Source: a virus
Taxonomy: Duplodnaviria; Caudoviricetes
Virus record (IMG/VR): IMGVR_UViG_3300036779_000083
Location: 1-55,910 of that record
Reading direction: 5' to 3' (one strand)
Length of the DNA: 55,910 bases
Numbering within the stretch: the first letter of the stretch is position 1; each line of letters begins with the position of its first letter. The notes under the pieces are model-generated. The model saw only the letters and a list, made by a program, of their open reading frames with translations. It searched no databases and was not told where the DNA came from. This document shows positions 36,114-45,597 of the stretch, one piece after another. A program made the position numbers and the translations under genes.

Positions 36114-37763
36114 ATGCCTTTGACCTCGAAGGGCCAGACCATCATGGCCGCCTTCAAGCGCCAGTATGGCGAAGAGGAAGGCGAGCGCAATTTCTACAAA
36201 TCGAAGAACGCCGGCACTATCACCGGCGTCGATCGCTGGATGCTGAGCACGGCGGCGCTCGATCTAATCCGCGCGCGTGAGCGTGGCGACACCCTCTTTG
36301 GTGACGACACGTACAATCCTGAGACCGGTGAGATCGAACGCACAAGCAGCTATCGCCGAAATCGCAAGACCGTGCAGCGTGATCCGTTTGGTCGTGAGGT
36401 CGCGACCTTTGAAGAGGATCGTCATATGTCCACCCCGTTGTTCTCGATGTTGGGCACCACCGCGCCGTTTTTCAGCGTTGTCGGTGATGCCGCTCCCAGG
36501 GTCACGGTGGCGCAGCTCTATGACCAGATCGAGATCGATGATGGCGCCAAGGTGGCATTTACCAAGGACGGTTTTTTGAAGGCGCAGCCGCGGATCGCGC
36601 GCACCGGGATTCAGCTCTATGGCGGCGATGAGGTCGGCGTTGCAATGGATGTCGTGCGGGTCTACCGGCCGGAGCGCGCGGTGTTCGATAACGCCACGAT
36701 CAAGACCTACACCCACCTGCCGACGACGCTAGAGCATCCGTCAGAACCGGTGACGGCCGCGAATTGGAAGGATCATGCTACCGGCGAGACCGGCGACGAG
36801 GTGCTGCGCGACGGCGGCACGGTGCGGGTGCCGATGATGCTGCGCGACGCCAAGGCTATCGCGGCGTGGAAGGACGGCAGCAAAAAGCAATTAAGCGTCG
36901 GCTACACCTGCGATCTCAAATGGCAATCCGGCGTGATCCCTGCGGGGCAGCCGTGTGCCGGCGAGCGTTACGATGCCATTCAGGACAACATCAGGGCGAA
37001 CCATCTAGCGCAGTGCGCCGCTGCGCGAGGCGGACCCATCCTCACTATCGGCGACACTAAGGAGAACAACATGACCTCAGTTATGGGTGCATCCCTTTTG
37101 AAAACCGTGATGGTGGATGGCATCGCCTGCGAGATGACCGACACCGCTGCCCAGCTGGTGCAGAAGACGATCGCCATGCTGACCGATCAGGCCGAGAACT
37201 TCAAAAAGAAGAAGAGCGAGGCCGAGGAGGAGTGCAAGGACGCGGCCGAGCGCATCAAAAAACTCGACGGCGAGATCAAGGCCAAGGATGCCGAGATCGT
37301 CGTGCTCAAGAAGGGCATCGACGACGCCAAGCTCAAGCCCGAGCAGCTCGACGCGTTGGTGAAGGATCGCCAGATCGTATTCGACAGCGCGCGTCGCATC
37401 CTCAGCGATGGCTACAAGTTCGATGGCAAGACGGTCGAGGATGTCCGTCGCGACGCCGTCAACAAGCACCTCGGCGACACCGCCAAGGCGTGGGACGACA
37501 ATCAGATCAGGGCCGGTTTCGATTCGATCATCGCGCTAATGCCGAAGGACGGCCGTCCGATCCATCGCCAAGGCTCGATGGATCACGCGGTCAGCGCATT
37601 TGCTGGCCGCCCCGGCTGGGCCGGTGACAATCGGCAGCTCGATCCGCAGGCGATCCGCGACGCCGCCTACTCCGAGTCGGTGCGCGAACTCAATGATGCG
37701 TGGAAGCCCCAGGCGGTCAGGGACGCCGAAGCTGCCGCTCGCCGCGCTGCTGGCGGCTACTGA
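36114..37763 (+). CDS. DUF2213 prohead protease/scaffold
   Basis: GFL...IARTGIQLY, YRP, EHP, LSVGY, NHLA, ARGG; coiled-coil C-terminus. Confidence 0.88.
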   Translation: MPLTSKGQTIMAAFKRQYGEEEGERNFYKSKNAGTITGVDRWMLSTAALDLIRARERGDTLFGDDTYNPETGEIERTSSYRRNRKTVQRDPFGREVATFEEDRHMSTPLFSMLGTTAPFFSVVGDAAPRVTVAQLYDQIEIDDGAKVAFTKDGFLKAQPRIARTGIQLYGGDEVGVAMDVVRVYRPERAVFDNATIKTYTHLPTTLEHPSEPVTAANWKDHATGETGDEVLRDGGTVRVPMMLRDAKAIAAWKDGSKKQLSVGYTCDLKWQSGVIPAGQPCAGERYDAIQDNIRANHLAQCAAARGGPILTIGDTKENNMTSVMGASLLKTVMVDGIACEMTDTAAQLVQKTIAMLTDQAENFKKKKSEAEEECKDAAERIKKLDGEIKAKDAEIVVLKKGIDDAKLKPEQLDALVKDRQIVFDSARRILSDGYKFDGKTVEDVRRDAVNKHLGDTAKAWDDNQIRAGFDSIIALMPKDGRPIHRQGSMDHAVSAFAGRPGWAGDNRQLDPQAIRDAAYSESVRELNDAWKPQAVRDAEAAARRAAGGY

Positions 37764-37786
37764 GACCGAAAATCATTTCGGTCTCA
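37761..37786. promoter_or_regulatory. Perfect 11-bp inverted repeat (operator or hairpin)
   Basis: TGAGACCGAAA-ATCA-TTTCGGTCTCA. Confidence 0.55.
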
Positions 37787-37818
37787 CCTGATCCCCACTC
37801 TCGCGAAAGGACTACACC

Positions 37819-38676
37819 ATGAGTGTCGTCGTCCAGACCAACTATGCGCCGCAAATCCGTCCCGGTCTCGAAGGGATGATTTCGGACACCATGCCCGCCG
37901 CCATCATCACTCGCCTGTGCGAGACCACCGGCGGCATTCCGTTCGGCAAGGCCGTGTCGCAAGGCGTGCAATCGAGCAAGGGCGTCCTGCTCGGCGGTGC
38001 CTCGAAGTATGTCGGCTGCTCGGTCGTCGATCCCACGCTGTCGATCTCGCCGGTCAATCCGTACGCCGCCGGCTACAACACGGTCGACATGTACGGCTAT
38101 CAGGTCAACACCGCGGTGATGACCCGCGGTCACTTCTGGGGCAAGGCATTGAGCACCGTCGCTCCTCTCGACCCGGTGTACTACGACGCCACGCTGGGCA
38201 CGCTCGGCAATGCCGCGGCGGGTCAGTCGGCCTACGGCTCGATCGTGTTCGGCCAGCAACCGGCCGACGGCAACACCATCATCATCAATGGCGTCACCAT
38301 CACCTTCCACGCTTCCGGCGCCACCGGTGACGATGTCAACATCGGTCCGACGCTCGGCGACACCGTCGCGGCGCTGGCGACGCATCTCAACGGCTCGGTC
38401 ACCGCTGGGCTCGCGTCGCAGAGTTATTCGGCATATCCGCCGTCGCCCGGTGGCTCGGCGCAGGGCTCTGGCGCGAACACGCTGATGATTGCCGACAAGA
38501 CGGCCGGCACCGCTGGCAACGCTATCGCGATCAGCGCCGCCGGCACGCCCGGCGCCACTGCTTCGGGCGCTACGCTCGCGGGCGGCACGGCGGCATCGAT
38601 CCTCGTCCCCAATGCGCATTGGATCGACGCCGCGATCTCCGGTCAGCTTTCGAAGGTCGCACTGTTCGGCGGGTAA
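37819..38676 (+). CDS. Capsid decoration/cement protein with inserted beta-rich domain
   Basis: Position between protease and capsid genes; IPFGKAV, VMTRGHFW motifs. Confidence 0.7.
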   Translation: MSVVVQTNYAPQIRPGLEGMISDTMPAAIITRLCETTGGIPFGKAVSQGVQSSKGVLLGGASKYVGCSVVDPTLSISPVNPYAAGYNTVDMYGYQVNTAVMTRGHFWGKALSTVAPLDPVYYDATLGTLGNAAAGQSAYGSIVFGQQPADGNTIIINGVTITFHASGATGDDVNIGPTLGDTVAALATHLNGSVTAGLASQSYSAYPPSPGGSAQGSGANTLMIADKTAGTAGNAIAISAAGTPGATASGATLAGGTAASILVPNAHWIDAAISGQLSKVALFGG

Positions 38677-38746
38677 AACATCACATCGCTTCGTCCCCCG
38701 TTTCAGGGCCGGGGGCTGAGGATCACACCGACAAGGAGATCACCAC

Positions 38747-39721
38747 ATGTCTGGAATTGGCCACAACAGCGGCATGTTTCTTCGCGACATGCCCAACGAG
38801 CAGCAAGCCCTGAGCTTTCTCGTCTCGCAGATCACCTACATCGAACCGCAAATTTACCGGATAAAGTATCCGGAATTGTTTTATCGGGAGCTGGTGCCGG
38901 TGGATTCCGCGGGCACCGAATGGGCGAAGAGCATCACCTTTTTCTCGATCGATCAGGTCGGTGCCGCGGATTGGTTTCACGCCCAGGCCGCCGATATCCC
39001 GCTCGCCGATGTGACCCGCGCCAAGCACGAGGTCGCGATCGAGATGGGGGCCATCGGCTATCGTTATAATACGGAGGAGCTGGCGCAAGGGATGATGATC
39101 CCGAACTTCAGCTTGTCGACCGAACGCGCATCGTCGGCGCGTCGCGCATCGGAGGAGTTTCTCCACAACATCGCCATCTATGGGAATACTCAAAAGAGCT
39201 GGACGGGTTTGGTAAACAGCGCGGGAATACCAGTTATCAATACTGCGCACACCTGGGCTTACGACATGGCGCAAACGCCGCCGTTGGTCCAGAACCTGAT
39301 GAACGATGTCAACTTCGCGCTGACCAATATCTGGCAGGCGTCGTTGGGCATCGAAATGTCGGATGTCTGCCTGTTGCCGTTCTCGGCGATGAGCCAGATC
39401 GCCATGGCGCAATTGCCCAACACCACGATGAACATTCTGCAGTGGATCAAGCAGAACAACATCGTCACCCAACAGACCGGCCAGATGATCGAAATCCGCG
39501 CGGTGCGCGGCCTCGATACCGGTGGTGCGTCTGGCAACGGCCGCATCGTCGCCTACAAGCGCGATCCGGAAATCATCAAGATGCATGTGCCGATGCCGCA
39601 TCGCTTCCTGCCGGTGTGGCAGCGCGGGCCGTTGGTCTATGACATCCCCGGCATCTTTAGGGTCGGCGGCTTGGAAATCCGGCGCCCGATGACCATGCGG
39701 TACGTCGATGGAGTATGTTAG
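38747..39721 (+). CDS. Major capsid protein (DUF2184 family)
   Basis: FLVSQITYIEPQIY, GLVN, VAYKRDPE, GGLEIRRP--MRYVDGV. Confidence 0.9.
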   Translation: MSGIGHNSGMFLRDMPNEQQALSFLVSQITYIEPQIYRIKYPELFYRELVPVDSAGTEWAKSITFFSIDQVGAADWFHAQAADIPLADVTRAKHEVAIEMGAIGYRYNTEELAQGMMIPNFSLSTERASSARRASEEFLHNIAIYGNTQKSWTGLVNSAGIPVINTAHTWAYDMAQTPPLVQNLMNDVNFALTNIWQASLGIEMSDVCLLPFSAMSQIAMAQLPNTTMNILQWIKQNNIVTQQTGQMIEIRAVRGLDTGGASGNGRIVAYKRDPEIIKMHVPMPHRFLPVWQRGPLVYDIPGIFRVGGLEIRRPMTMRYVDGVC

Positions 39722-39776
39722 ATTGGACGGCTACTGATGAGGGTGGTATCGTTCTCCCGATCTCAGGGAGAACGAT

Positions 39777-40325
39777 ATGGCAAAGTGCACTGTAGAAGGA
39801 TGTAGTCAGCCAGTTCGCGCACGCGGTATGTGCGTGAAGCATTGGCAACGCTGGCGTCGACACGGCGACCATACGTCCGTCCTTAGAGAGCGCGGTAAGC
39901 TGTGTTCTGTGGAGAATTGCGTTTCTCCTCACGACGCTCATGGGTTCTGTAGTCTTCACCGCCAGCGCTGGGAACGCTTCGGTGATCCACTGCGGGAGAA
40001 TGTGCTCACTGATGACGGCTTGCCACAGGCGTTCATCGAAGCCGCACTGACATTGAATACAGATGACTGCATTCCCTGGCCCTACAGCCGCGACCACAAG
40101 GGCTACGCTAAAATCTCCGTTCTCTGCAAAGACGGCAAATGGCGACCGCGTCGAGTACAGCGGATCGTCTGTCAACGCACTCACGGCAAGCCGAGAGGCA
40201 AACGAAACGAGGCCGCTCATTCCTGTGGGAACGGACACCTCGGTTGCATCAATCCCAATCATCTTCGTTGGCTCACGCGTAAAGAAAACATGGCTGAGAT
40301 GCGCGAGCACCAACGATTAAAATGA
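39777..40325 (+). CDS. HNH/His-Cys box homing endonuclease
   Basis: Two CxVxxC...GxCxxH-QRW-R-GD fingers; AAHSCGNGHLGCINPNHLRW. Confidence 0.85.
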   Translation: MAKCTVEGCSQPVRARGMCVKHWQRWRRHGDHTSVLRERGKLCSVENCVSPHDAHGFCSLHRQRWERFGDPLRENVLTDDGLPQAFIEAALTLNTDDCIPWPYSRDHKGYAKISVLCKDGKWRPRRVQRIVCQRTHGKPRGKRNEAAHSCGNGHLGCINPNHLRWLTRKENMAEMREHQRLK

Positions 40326-40335
40326 GGAGAGTCCC

Positions 40336-40836
40336 ATGCAAGAAGGTCCTGTCGACCTCGACGCCTTGGTGGCCAAGAACCGGCCGCCTTCGGCATCCGA
40401 GATGGTCGTTGCCCCCAAGCTTGATCAACCTCGGGTGCCGCCGCTCACGCCGCAGGTGGTGGTGGTCGCTGATCATGGGCGGCTTGCCAAGCCGTCGCAA
40501 CGCGTCACCGTGCTCAACACCTCGCGGCAGACGAACCACATCGTGATCGATCGCTTTATGCATGGCCACGAACTGCGGCCGGGTGAGCACAAAGAGATCG
40601 AGATGCTGACGGACGAGATCGAGTCGTTCCGTCTGCTCGGGCGCGAGAACCGCGGTGTCTATACCTCGGGCCATCTGGTCGGACTGCCGCTGCCGTCACA
40701 TCCGCTGCAGTTCATCGATCTGCCGCGGCCAGAATCGGCGCGCCAGGACGATGGCGGCGGTGGTGACGGCCATCCGGTCGCTGAGCCGCTCAAGCCCGGC
40801 GAGAAGCCGTTCAAGGCGACACAGCGAGGCGGATGA
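40336..40836 (+). CDS. Hypothetical head-region protein
   Basis: GAGGAG RBS. Confidence 0.6.
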   Translation: MQEGPVDLDALVAKNRPPSASEMVVAPKLDQPRVPPLTPQVVVVADHGRLAKPSQRVTVLNTSRQTNHIVIDRFMHGHELRPGEHKEIEMLTDEIESFRLLGRENRGVYTSGHLVGLPLPSHPLQFIDLPRPESARQDDGGGGDGHPVAEPLKPGEKPFKATQRGG

Positions 40837-40837
40837 C

Positions 40838-41263
40838 ATGGGTGCGTCGAACGCTGACATTGCGCAATTCCGTTCGCAGTTCAAAGAATGGAGCAGTGTC
40901 AGCGACGCCCAGGTCGCTGCCGCCTATAACGTTACCGATGTCATCATGGACAGTAGCGTGTGGCCGAGCGCGCGCGATTTCGCGATGGCGCGTCTCCAAC
41001 TCGCAGCTCATATGCTGGCGATGGCGCTCCAGAGCACATTGTTTGCGGCATCTGGCTTGGGCGGCGGCGTGCTGGGTCTCTACATGTCGTCGATCCGGTT
41101 CGGCGAGCGTGATGTCAGCTTCGGGACGCGCCCGATCTTCGGCAGTGCCAGCTCGGCGATCGGCACGCTAGATGTCGGCGAACTCAATCTGGTCGACACG
41201 ATGTACGGCCAGACCTACCTGCTGCTGCGCAACCGCAACATCATCCCGGTGGGCATCGTATGA
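40838..41263 (+). CDS. Head-tail adaptor (DUF4054-like)
   Basis: FRSQFKEW, LAAHML, TMYGQTYLLL. Confidence 0.75.
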   Translation: MGASNADIAQFRSQFKEWSSVSDAQVAAAYNVTDVIMDSSVWPSARDFAMARLQLAAHMLAMALQSTLFAASGLGGGVLGLYMSSIRFGERDVSFGTRPIFGSASSAIGTLDVGELNLVDTMYGQTYLLLRNRNIIPVGIV

Positions 41264-41694
41264 CCGCAATCCCTCCGATCTGGCGCTCGCTGCAGAACTT
41301 CGTCGACACCATCGACGACAACATGTTCGGCGAGCGGGTGCAGCTGATCCCGTGGACCGGCGGCCAACGCGTCACCGATACCGGAACGCAGGACACCACG
41401 CGGGCGGTGCTCAACACCATCGGCATCTATGTGACGCCGGGCTCGCGAGCCGGCGGTGAGAGCGGCACCGTCGCTGCCGGCTTGGCGACCAATATGCAGA
41501 CCGGGCGCGAGTGGGTGTCGATCCAAGAGAGCAATCTAGGCGATCCCAGCCTGTGGAAAATGTACGACCGGGTTTACCTTCCAGACCAGTTGCCCAATCA
41601 GGCTTGGCACAGTATTCAACAAATTGATCCGTCCGCGACGAAAAGATATAATATACTCCTTATTAGATTACAGGACCCGACGCCGCTTACCTGA
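41260..41694 (+). CDS. Head-closure/head-tail joining protein
   Basis: Synteny; DNMFGERV. Confidence 0.55.
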   Translation: MTAIPPIWRSLQNFVDTIDDNMFGERVQLIPWTGGQRVTDTGTQDTTRAVLNTIGIYVTPGSRAGGESGTVAAGLATNMQTGREWVSIQESNLGDPSLWKMYDRVYLPDQLPNQAWHSIQQIDPSATKRYNILLIRLQDPTPLT

Positions 41695-41706
41695 TATGGA
41701 GGGCAC

Positions 41707-42156
41707 ATGACACCGGCTCAGTTTTTTCGTGCGGCTCTCAATTTCAATGGCGACGAATGTGTGCTTTGGCCGTTCTGCTGCGATAGTAATAGCTACCCAA
41801 AAATGACGGTTGACCGAAAGTCGCTCAGAGTGCCGCGCGTCATATGCGAGATGGTATACGGTGATCCACCGACACCACAACATGAGGCGGCACATTCTTG
41901 TGGCATCAGGCCGTGCATTAATCCTAACCACCTACGTTGGGCGACAAAGACTGAAAACATGGCCGACACACTTGTTCACGGCACGCGTATTCGTGGCGAG
42001 CAACAGTGGCAAGCTAAGCTGACAGAGGCTAATGTTCGCGAGATACGATCGCTCAAGGGCAAGCTTACCCACGATAAGATCGCAAAGCGATTTGGCATGT
42101 CCATTGGCGCGATCAATTGCGTGATCTACGGCAGTACGTGGGGTTGGTTACAGTGA
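41707..42156 (+). CDS. HNH endonuclease
   Basis: AAHSCGIRPCINPNHLRWAT--EN--D; AKLTE; HTH tail. Confidence 0.85.
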   Translation: MTPAQFFRAALNFNGDECVLWPFCCDSNSYPKMTVDRKSLRVPRVICEMVYGDPPTPQHEAAHSCGIRPCINPNHLRWATKTENMADTLVHGTRIRGEQQWQAKLTEANVREIRSLKGKLTHDKIAKRFGMSIGAINCVIYGSTWGWLQ

Positions 42157-43145
42157 GCCTGCTGCGGCCGATTCTGCGTTCCACTGCGGTGGCAGCGCTG
42201 CGCGACCGCACCTGGGCCGCCGATCGCGTGTATGATAGCGATCTCACTCCGCTCGCCACCGCGGTCTATGGCGGCCCGCCGCAGCCGTACATCGTCGTTT
42301 ACACCGATCTCGACGATCTTAATCCGGTCGACAATATCGCGAAGATTTACGCCAGTGACAATCGCATCCTGAGCATCGCGATCGAGATCGGCATCGCCAC
42401 CGCGGTCCGCTCGACCACCACCAACAACCTGATCATTCAGTTCGCCGCGACCGATAGCGGGATGGAATTGGCGTGCGATTGCGTGGCGGCGCAGGCGCTC
42501 AGTGCGCTGATCGGCGATCCGCAATCGCAGTGGGGCGAGCTGTTCAAGCGCATGGTGACCAAGGTGCGCCGCATCCCGTCGCGGCGTGGTGGCATGAGCC
42601 AACAAGGCGTGCGCTTCGCGGCGCGACGCGTGGTGCTGCAAGTCCAGCCGTTGTGGGACTTTGTCCCGGGACAGCGTCCGCCTGACAAGCATCCAGTGTG
42701 GGATTTCATCAATCTTGCGCGCGCCAATCCGCAGGACAACGTGGCCGATGTCGCCGGCATCGTCGAAGGGCTGATCAACATCACATCGTCACCGGACTGG
42801 CGGATCGCCCAGGCGCAGCTCGGGCTCACCGAATGGGGAGTGAGAATTCTCAACGTGCCGACGACGCCGTTGCCTGATCCGTGGATCGAGGAACCACCGC
42901 TCGATTGGTCTGACACCAATGAGTTCGTGCCGGTGCTGGGCGAGATCACGGTCTCCGACACCGAGCCCGACGGCATGTCAACCACCGTCAGCTCGGCCGA
43001 CTTCCCGACCGTGTCGGTCGGTTCTCCCGAGATCGATGCGCCGACGTTGGGCGTGGTCAGCACAGGTGGAAGGATCACGGTGGCGGCTTCGCCAGTGCAC
43101 TCGTCGGCACCCCACAGGCCGCAGCTCCCGCCCAGCCGCTGGTAA
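42153..43145 (+). CDS. Tail completion/terminator-like protein
   Basis: AADRVYDS, PYIVVYTD; synteny. Confidence 0.6.
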   Translation: MSLLRPILRSTAVAALRDRTWAADRVYDSDLTPLATAVYGGPPQPYIVVYTDLDDLNPVDNIAKIYASDNRILSIAIEIGIATAVRSTTTNNLIIQFAATDSGMELACDCVAAQALSALIGDPQSQWGELFKRMVTKVRRIPSRRGGMSQQGVRFAARRVVLQVQPLWDFVPGQRPPDKHPVWDFINLARANPQDNVADVAGIVEGLINITSSPDWRIAQAQLGLTEWGVRILNVPTTPLPDPWIEEPPLDWSDTNEFVPVLGEITVSDTEPDGMSTTVSSADFPTVSVGSPEIDAPTLGVVSTGGRITVAASPVHSSAPHRPQLPPSRW

Positions 43146-43166
43146 CCCAAAACTGAGGAGGCCGTC

Positions 43167-43334
43167 ATGCAGAACCTCGGACTGGTGCTGCTCGTCTTCG
43201 CATTCGTCATCATGTGCGTTGCCACCGTGATCTCGTCGACCGGCCGATGGAATCTGCTGGCCGTCGCGCTGGCGTTCTACATTGCGGCCGAGCTGTTCGG
43301 CGGCATCGCTCACAGCGGGCTGCTTGGTCATTGA
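43167..43334 (+). CDS. 55-aa two-TM membrane protein (absent from ORF track)
   Basis: GAGGAGG RBS; MQNLGLVLLVFAFVIMCVATV...WNLLAVALAFYIAAELFGG. Confidence 0.6.
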   Translation: MQNLGLVLLVFAFVIMCVATVISSTGRWNLLAVALAFYIAAELFGGIAHSGLLGH

Positions 43335-43957
43335 TCAAGATCGACATCGACACCGGTGAGCTGCTGAAATGGGCGCGCTACATGAACCGGGTGCCCAAGC
43401 GCACCGGTGCCGCGATCTCGCGCGCCCTCAACACCGTCGGCGACAACATCCTGCGGGTGCGGATCAACACCATCGCCGAGGACACCGGCTTTGATCCCGA
43501 GGAGATCGAGTCGGCGATCGAGGTCAAGAAGGCGACGCCCAGTGATCTGACGTGGTCGATGGACGCCTCGAAACTCTCGACCGACAACAAGTTCTCGCGG
43601 CCGTGGCAGACCCGCGGCGATCCTGACAGCGACAACTTCGACGATCGCACGCTGGTCAAGGTCGTCACCTCGGGCGACGAGTATGTGTGCGAGAAGTGCA
43701 TCTACGTTGCCGACCACTCGCCCTACACCATGCAGGAAATACGGAACATGAATCCGTACGGCATGGGCTTTGGCAGCGGCACCAACCTCGTCCATCCCAA
43801 TTGCCGCTGCATCACCCAGGCGTGGCAGGCAACCCGCATGTTGCCGGTGTCGATAGACAGCGGTGGGACGCAGGCGCCGGCCGAGCTGTTCACCATGCGC
43901 CAGCTTGGCGATGCCATCGCTGGCGAGCTGCAGATCGAGATGAAGGCAACCGACTGA
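43331..43957 (+). CDS. Neck/minor tail protein (gpZ-like) with MuF-like Cys motif
   Basis: AISRALNTVG; GDEYVCEKC...HPNCRC. Confidence 0.55.
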   Translation: MIKIDIDTGELLKWARYMNRVPKRTGAAISRALNTVGDNILRVRINTIAEDTGFDPEEIESAIEVKKATPSDLTWSMDASKLSTDNKFSRPWQTRGDPDSDNFDDRTLVKVVTSGDEYVCEKCIYVADHSPYTMQEIRNMNPYGMGFGSGTNLVHPNCRCITQAWQATRMLPVSIDSGGTQAPAELFTMRQLGDAIAGELQIEMKATD

Positions 43958-43982
43958 GCGAAGCGAAAAATAGGAGGCACAA

Positions 43983-44612
43983 TTGGCAGTCGACCCAATG
44001 CAGAAGCTCCTTTTCCAAGTAGCGGAGCATCGCCGCCAGACCGCGCATAGCGACCGTGTCGGCAACGTCACCGAGGTCCAGGGCAACAAGATGAAGGTGC
44101 AGATCGGACTCAAGAAGGACGGCACACCTTGGCTGACGCCGTGGATACACACCACCGACCACCGCGGCGGCGAGCGCCAGAAGGAGGTCTATGCCGTCGG
44201 CCAGAATGTGCGGGTGAGCGCGACCGGCGCCGACTATCGGCAATCGACGATCTCGCCCTACGCACCTAACCAGCAGCATCCGCAGCCCGATCAGGCTGGC
44301 GCAGCTGGCGACGGCTCCCACACATGGCAGAATGGCGACACCACGCTCACCAAGAACGACGGCAGCCACAACATCATGCAGGGCGGCGCCAGCGCGACGG
44401 TGAACGCCCGCACCTCGACCGCCGGTGGCTTCACCGGTTTCGTCAAAGGATCGAGCGGCAAGCATCATCGCGTGCACGCCAACTCGAAGGGTGTGCTGAT
44501 CTCGTTCAACGACGACGAATCGGTGATCTTCGTCGACGATCAGGGCTGCGCCTCGACCAAGCCGCTGCAGATCAGGGGTCCGCAGGTGCAACCAGACAAC
44601 AACACCATGTGA
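43983..44612 (+). CDS. Baseplate spike (P2 gpV-like)
   Basis: GNVTEV...TPWI...VGQNV OB-fold; AGGAGG RBS. Confidence 0.75.
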   Translation: MAVDPMQKLLFQVAEHRRQTAHSDRVGNVTEVQGNKMKVQIGLKKDGTPWLTPWIHTTDHRGGERQKEVYAVGQNVRVSATGADYRQSTISPYAPNQQHPQPDQAGAAGDGSHTWQNGDTTLTKNDGSHNIMQGGASATVNARTSTAGGFTGFVKGSSGKHHRVHANSKGVLISFNDDESVIFVDDQGCASTKPLQIRGPQVQPDNNTM

Positions 44613-44639
44613 GCGTGAAACACGAAAAAGGAGACCGCG

Positions 44640-44864
44640 ATGCCCAAGTCGACCCGTCACCACAACATGGCGCGCAAGGCGGCGATGAATGCGCCGGAGA
44701 AGAAGCCCTACCTCATCACCGATCCGTCGCACCTGCCCGACCTGCGCGGTGAATTCGCCGGCGCCAAGGTCAAGCGCCAGGGCGGCCAGCAGATTGTGTA
44801 CCTCACGCCAGCCCAGGCCAAGTTCTACAAGGATCAGGGCGCGCTGAAGCCGCTCGCGTCATGA
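44640..44864 (+). CDS. Small baseplate-region protein
   Basis: AGGAG RBS; YLTPAQAKFY. Confidence 0.55.
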   Translation: MPKSTRHHNMARKAAMNAPEKKPYLITDPSHLPDLRGEFAGAKVKRQGGQQIVYLTPAQAKFYKDQGALKPLAS

Positions 44865-45460
44865 GCAACGGCACCAGCACCAACGGCAACGTCACCGCCG
44901 ACACCATCGCGGAGAGCGGCGTCGACTTCCCGGTCGTCGACAACGAGTTCTATCGCTCGGTCAACGCGATCTGGCCTGACCTGCTCAATCAGACGGCCAA
45001 CATCTCGCCGCCGCGCAACGGCATGGATCGCTACACTGGCAAGCTGCTACAGGGCTGGCCGCATGTCGAGCAGTCGATGGAGCTGATCTTCGCGACGCCG
45101 TACCACGAACGGGTGTTACGCCGTTGGGTCGGAAGCTTCGTGCCGATGCTGCTCGGCGAGAACTTCGTCGATCGCATCATCATGCGGTTCTACTGGGCGA
45201 TCGTCACCGGCATCGATCTGTGGGAGCCGGACTACCGCATCCGCCAAGTCTACTTCATGGGCGATGCACTGCTTGGCTGGGCGCCGCTGCCGACCACGTC
45301 AGCGGCGCAGATGGTGCGGCTCGGGCACGCGATCTTTCGCAATGAAGGGGTCTATCGCCCGCGCGGCCACCTCGGTGACTTCAGTCCGGCCGAGGCCAAG
45401 AACTCGGCGATCACCGGCCGCGGTGACAACATGTGGGATGTCGTCAGCACGCCGGGATAA
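44861..45460 (+). CDS. Baseplate wedge protein, gpW/gp25 family
   Basis: GMDRYTG--L-GW-HVEQS, TP--RV-RR--GS, WEPDYRI. Confidence 0.85.
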   Translation: MSNGTSTNGNVTADTIAESGVDFPVVDNEFYRSVNAIWPDLLNQTANISPPRNGMDRYTGKLLQGWPHVEQSMELIFATPYHERVLRRWVGSFVPMLLGENFVDRIIMRFYWAIVTGIDLWEPDYRIRQVYFMGDALLGWAPLPTTSAAQMVRLGHAIFRNEGVYRPRGHLGDFSPAEAKNSAITGRGDNMWDVVSTPG

Positions 45461-45464
45461 AAAA

Positions 45465-45500
45465 ACGGCGAGGCGCATCACTGCGGCCCGCCGTCTCTTT
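45465..45500 (+). terminator. Possible intrinsic terminator or hairpin
   Basis: ACGGCG...CGCCGT stem followed by CTCTTT. Confidence 0.3.
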
Positions 45501-45597
45501 GGTTTAGCCCAGCCAAGCCGTACCACGCAAAGATTGGCCTGGACATACCCGTCCTTGACGCAGCTCACATAATCGATCTGACCGGAGGTTGCAAGCT

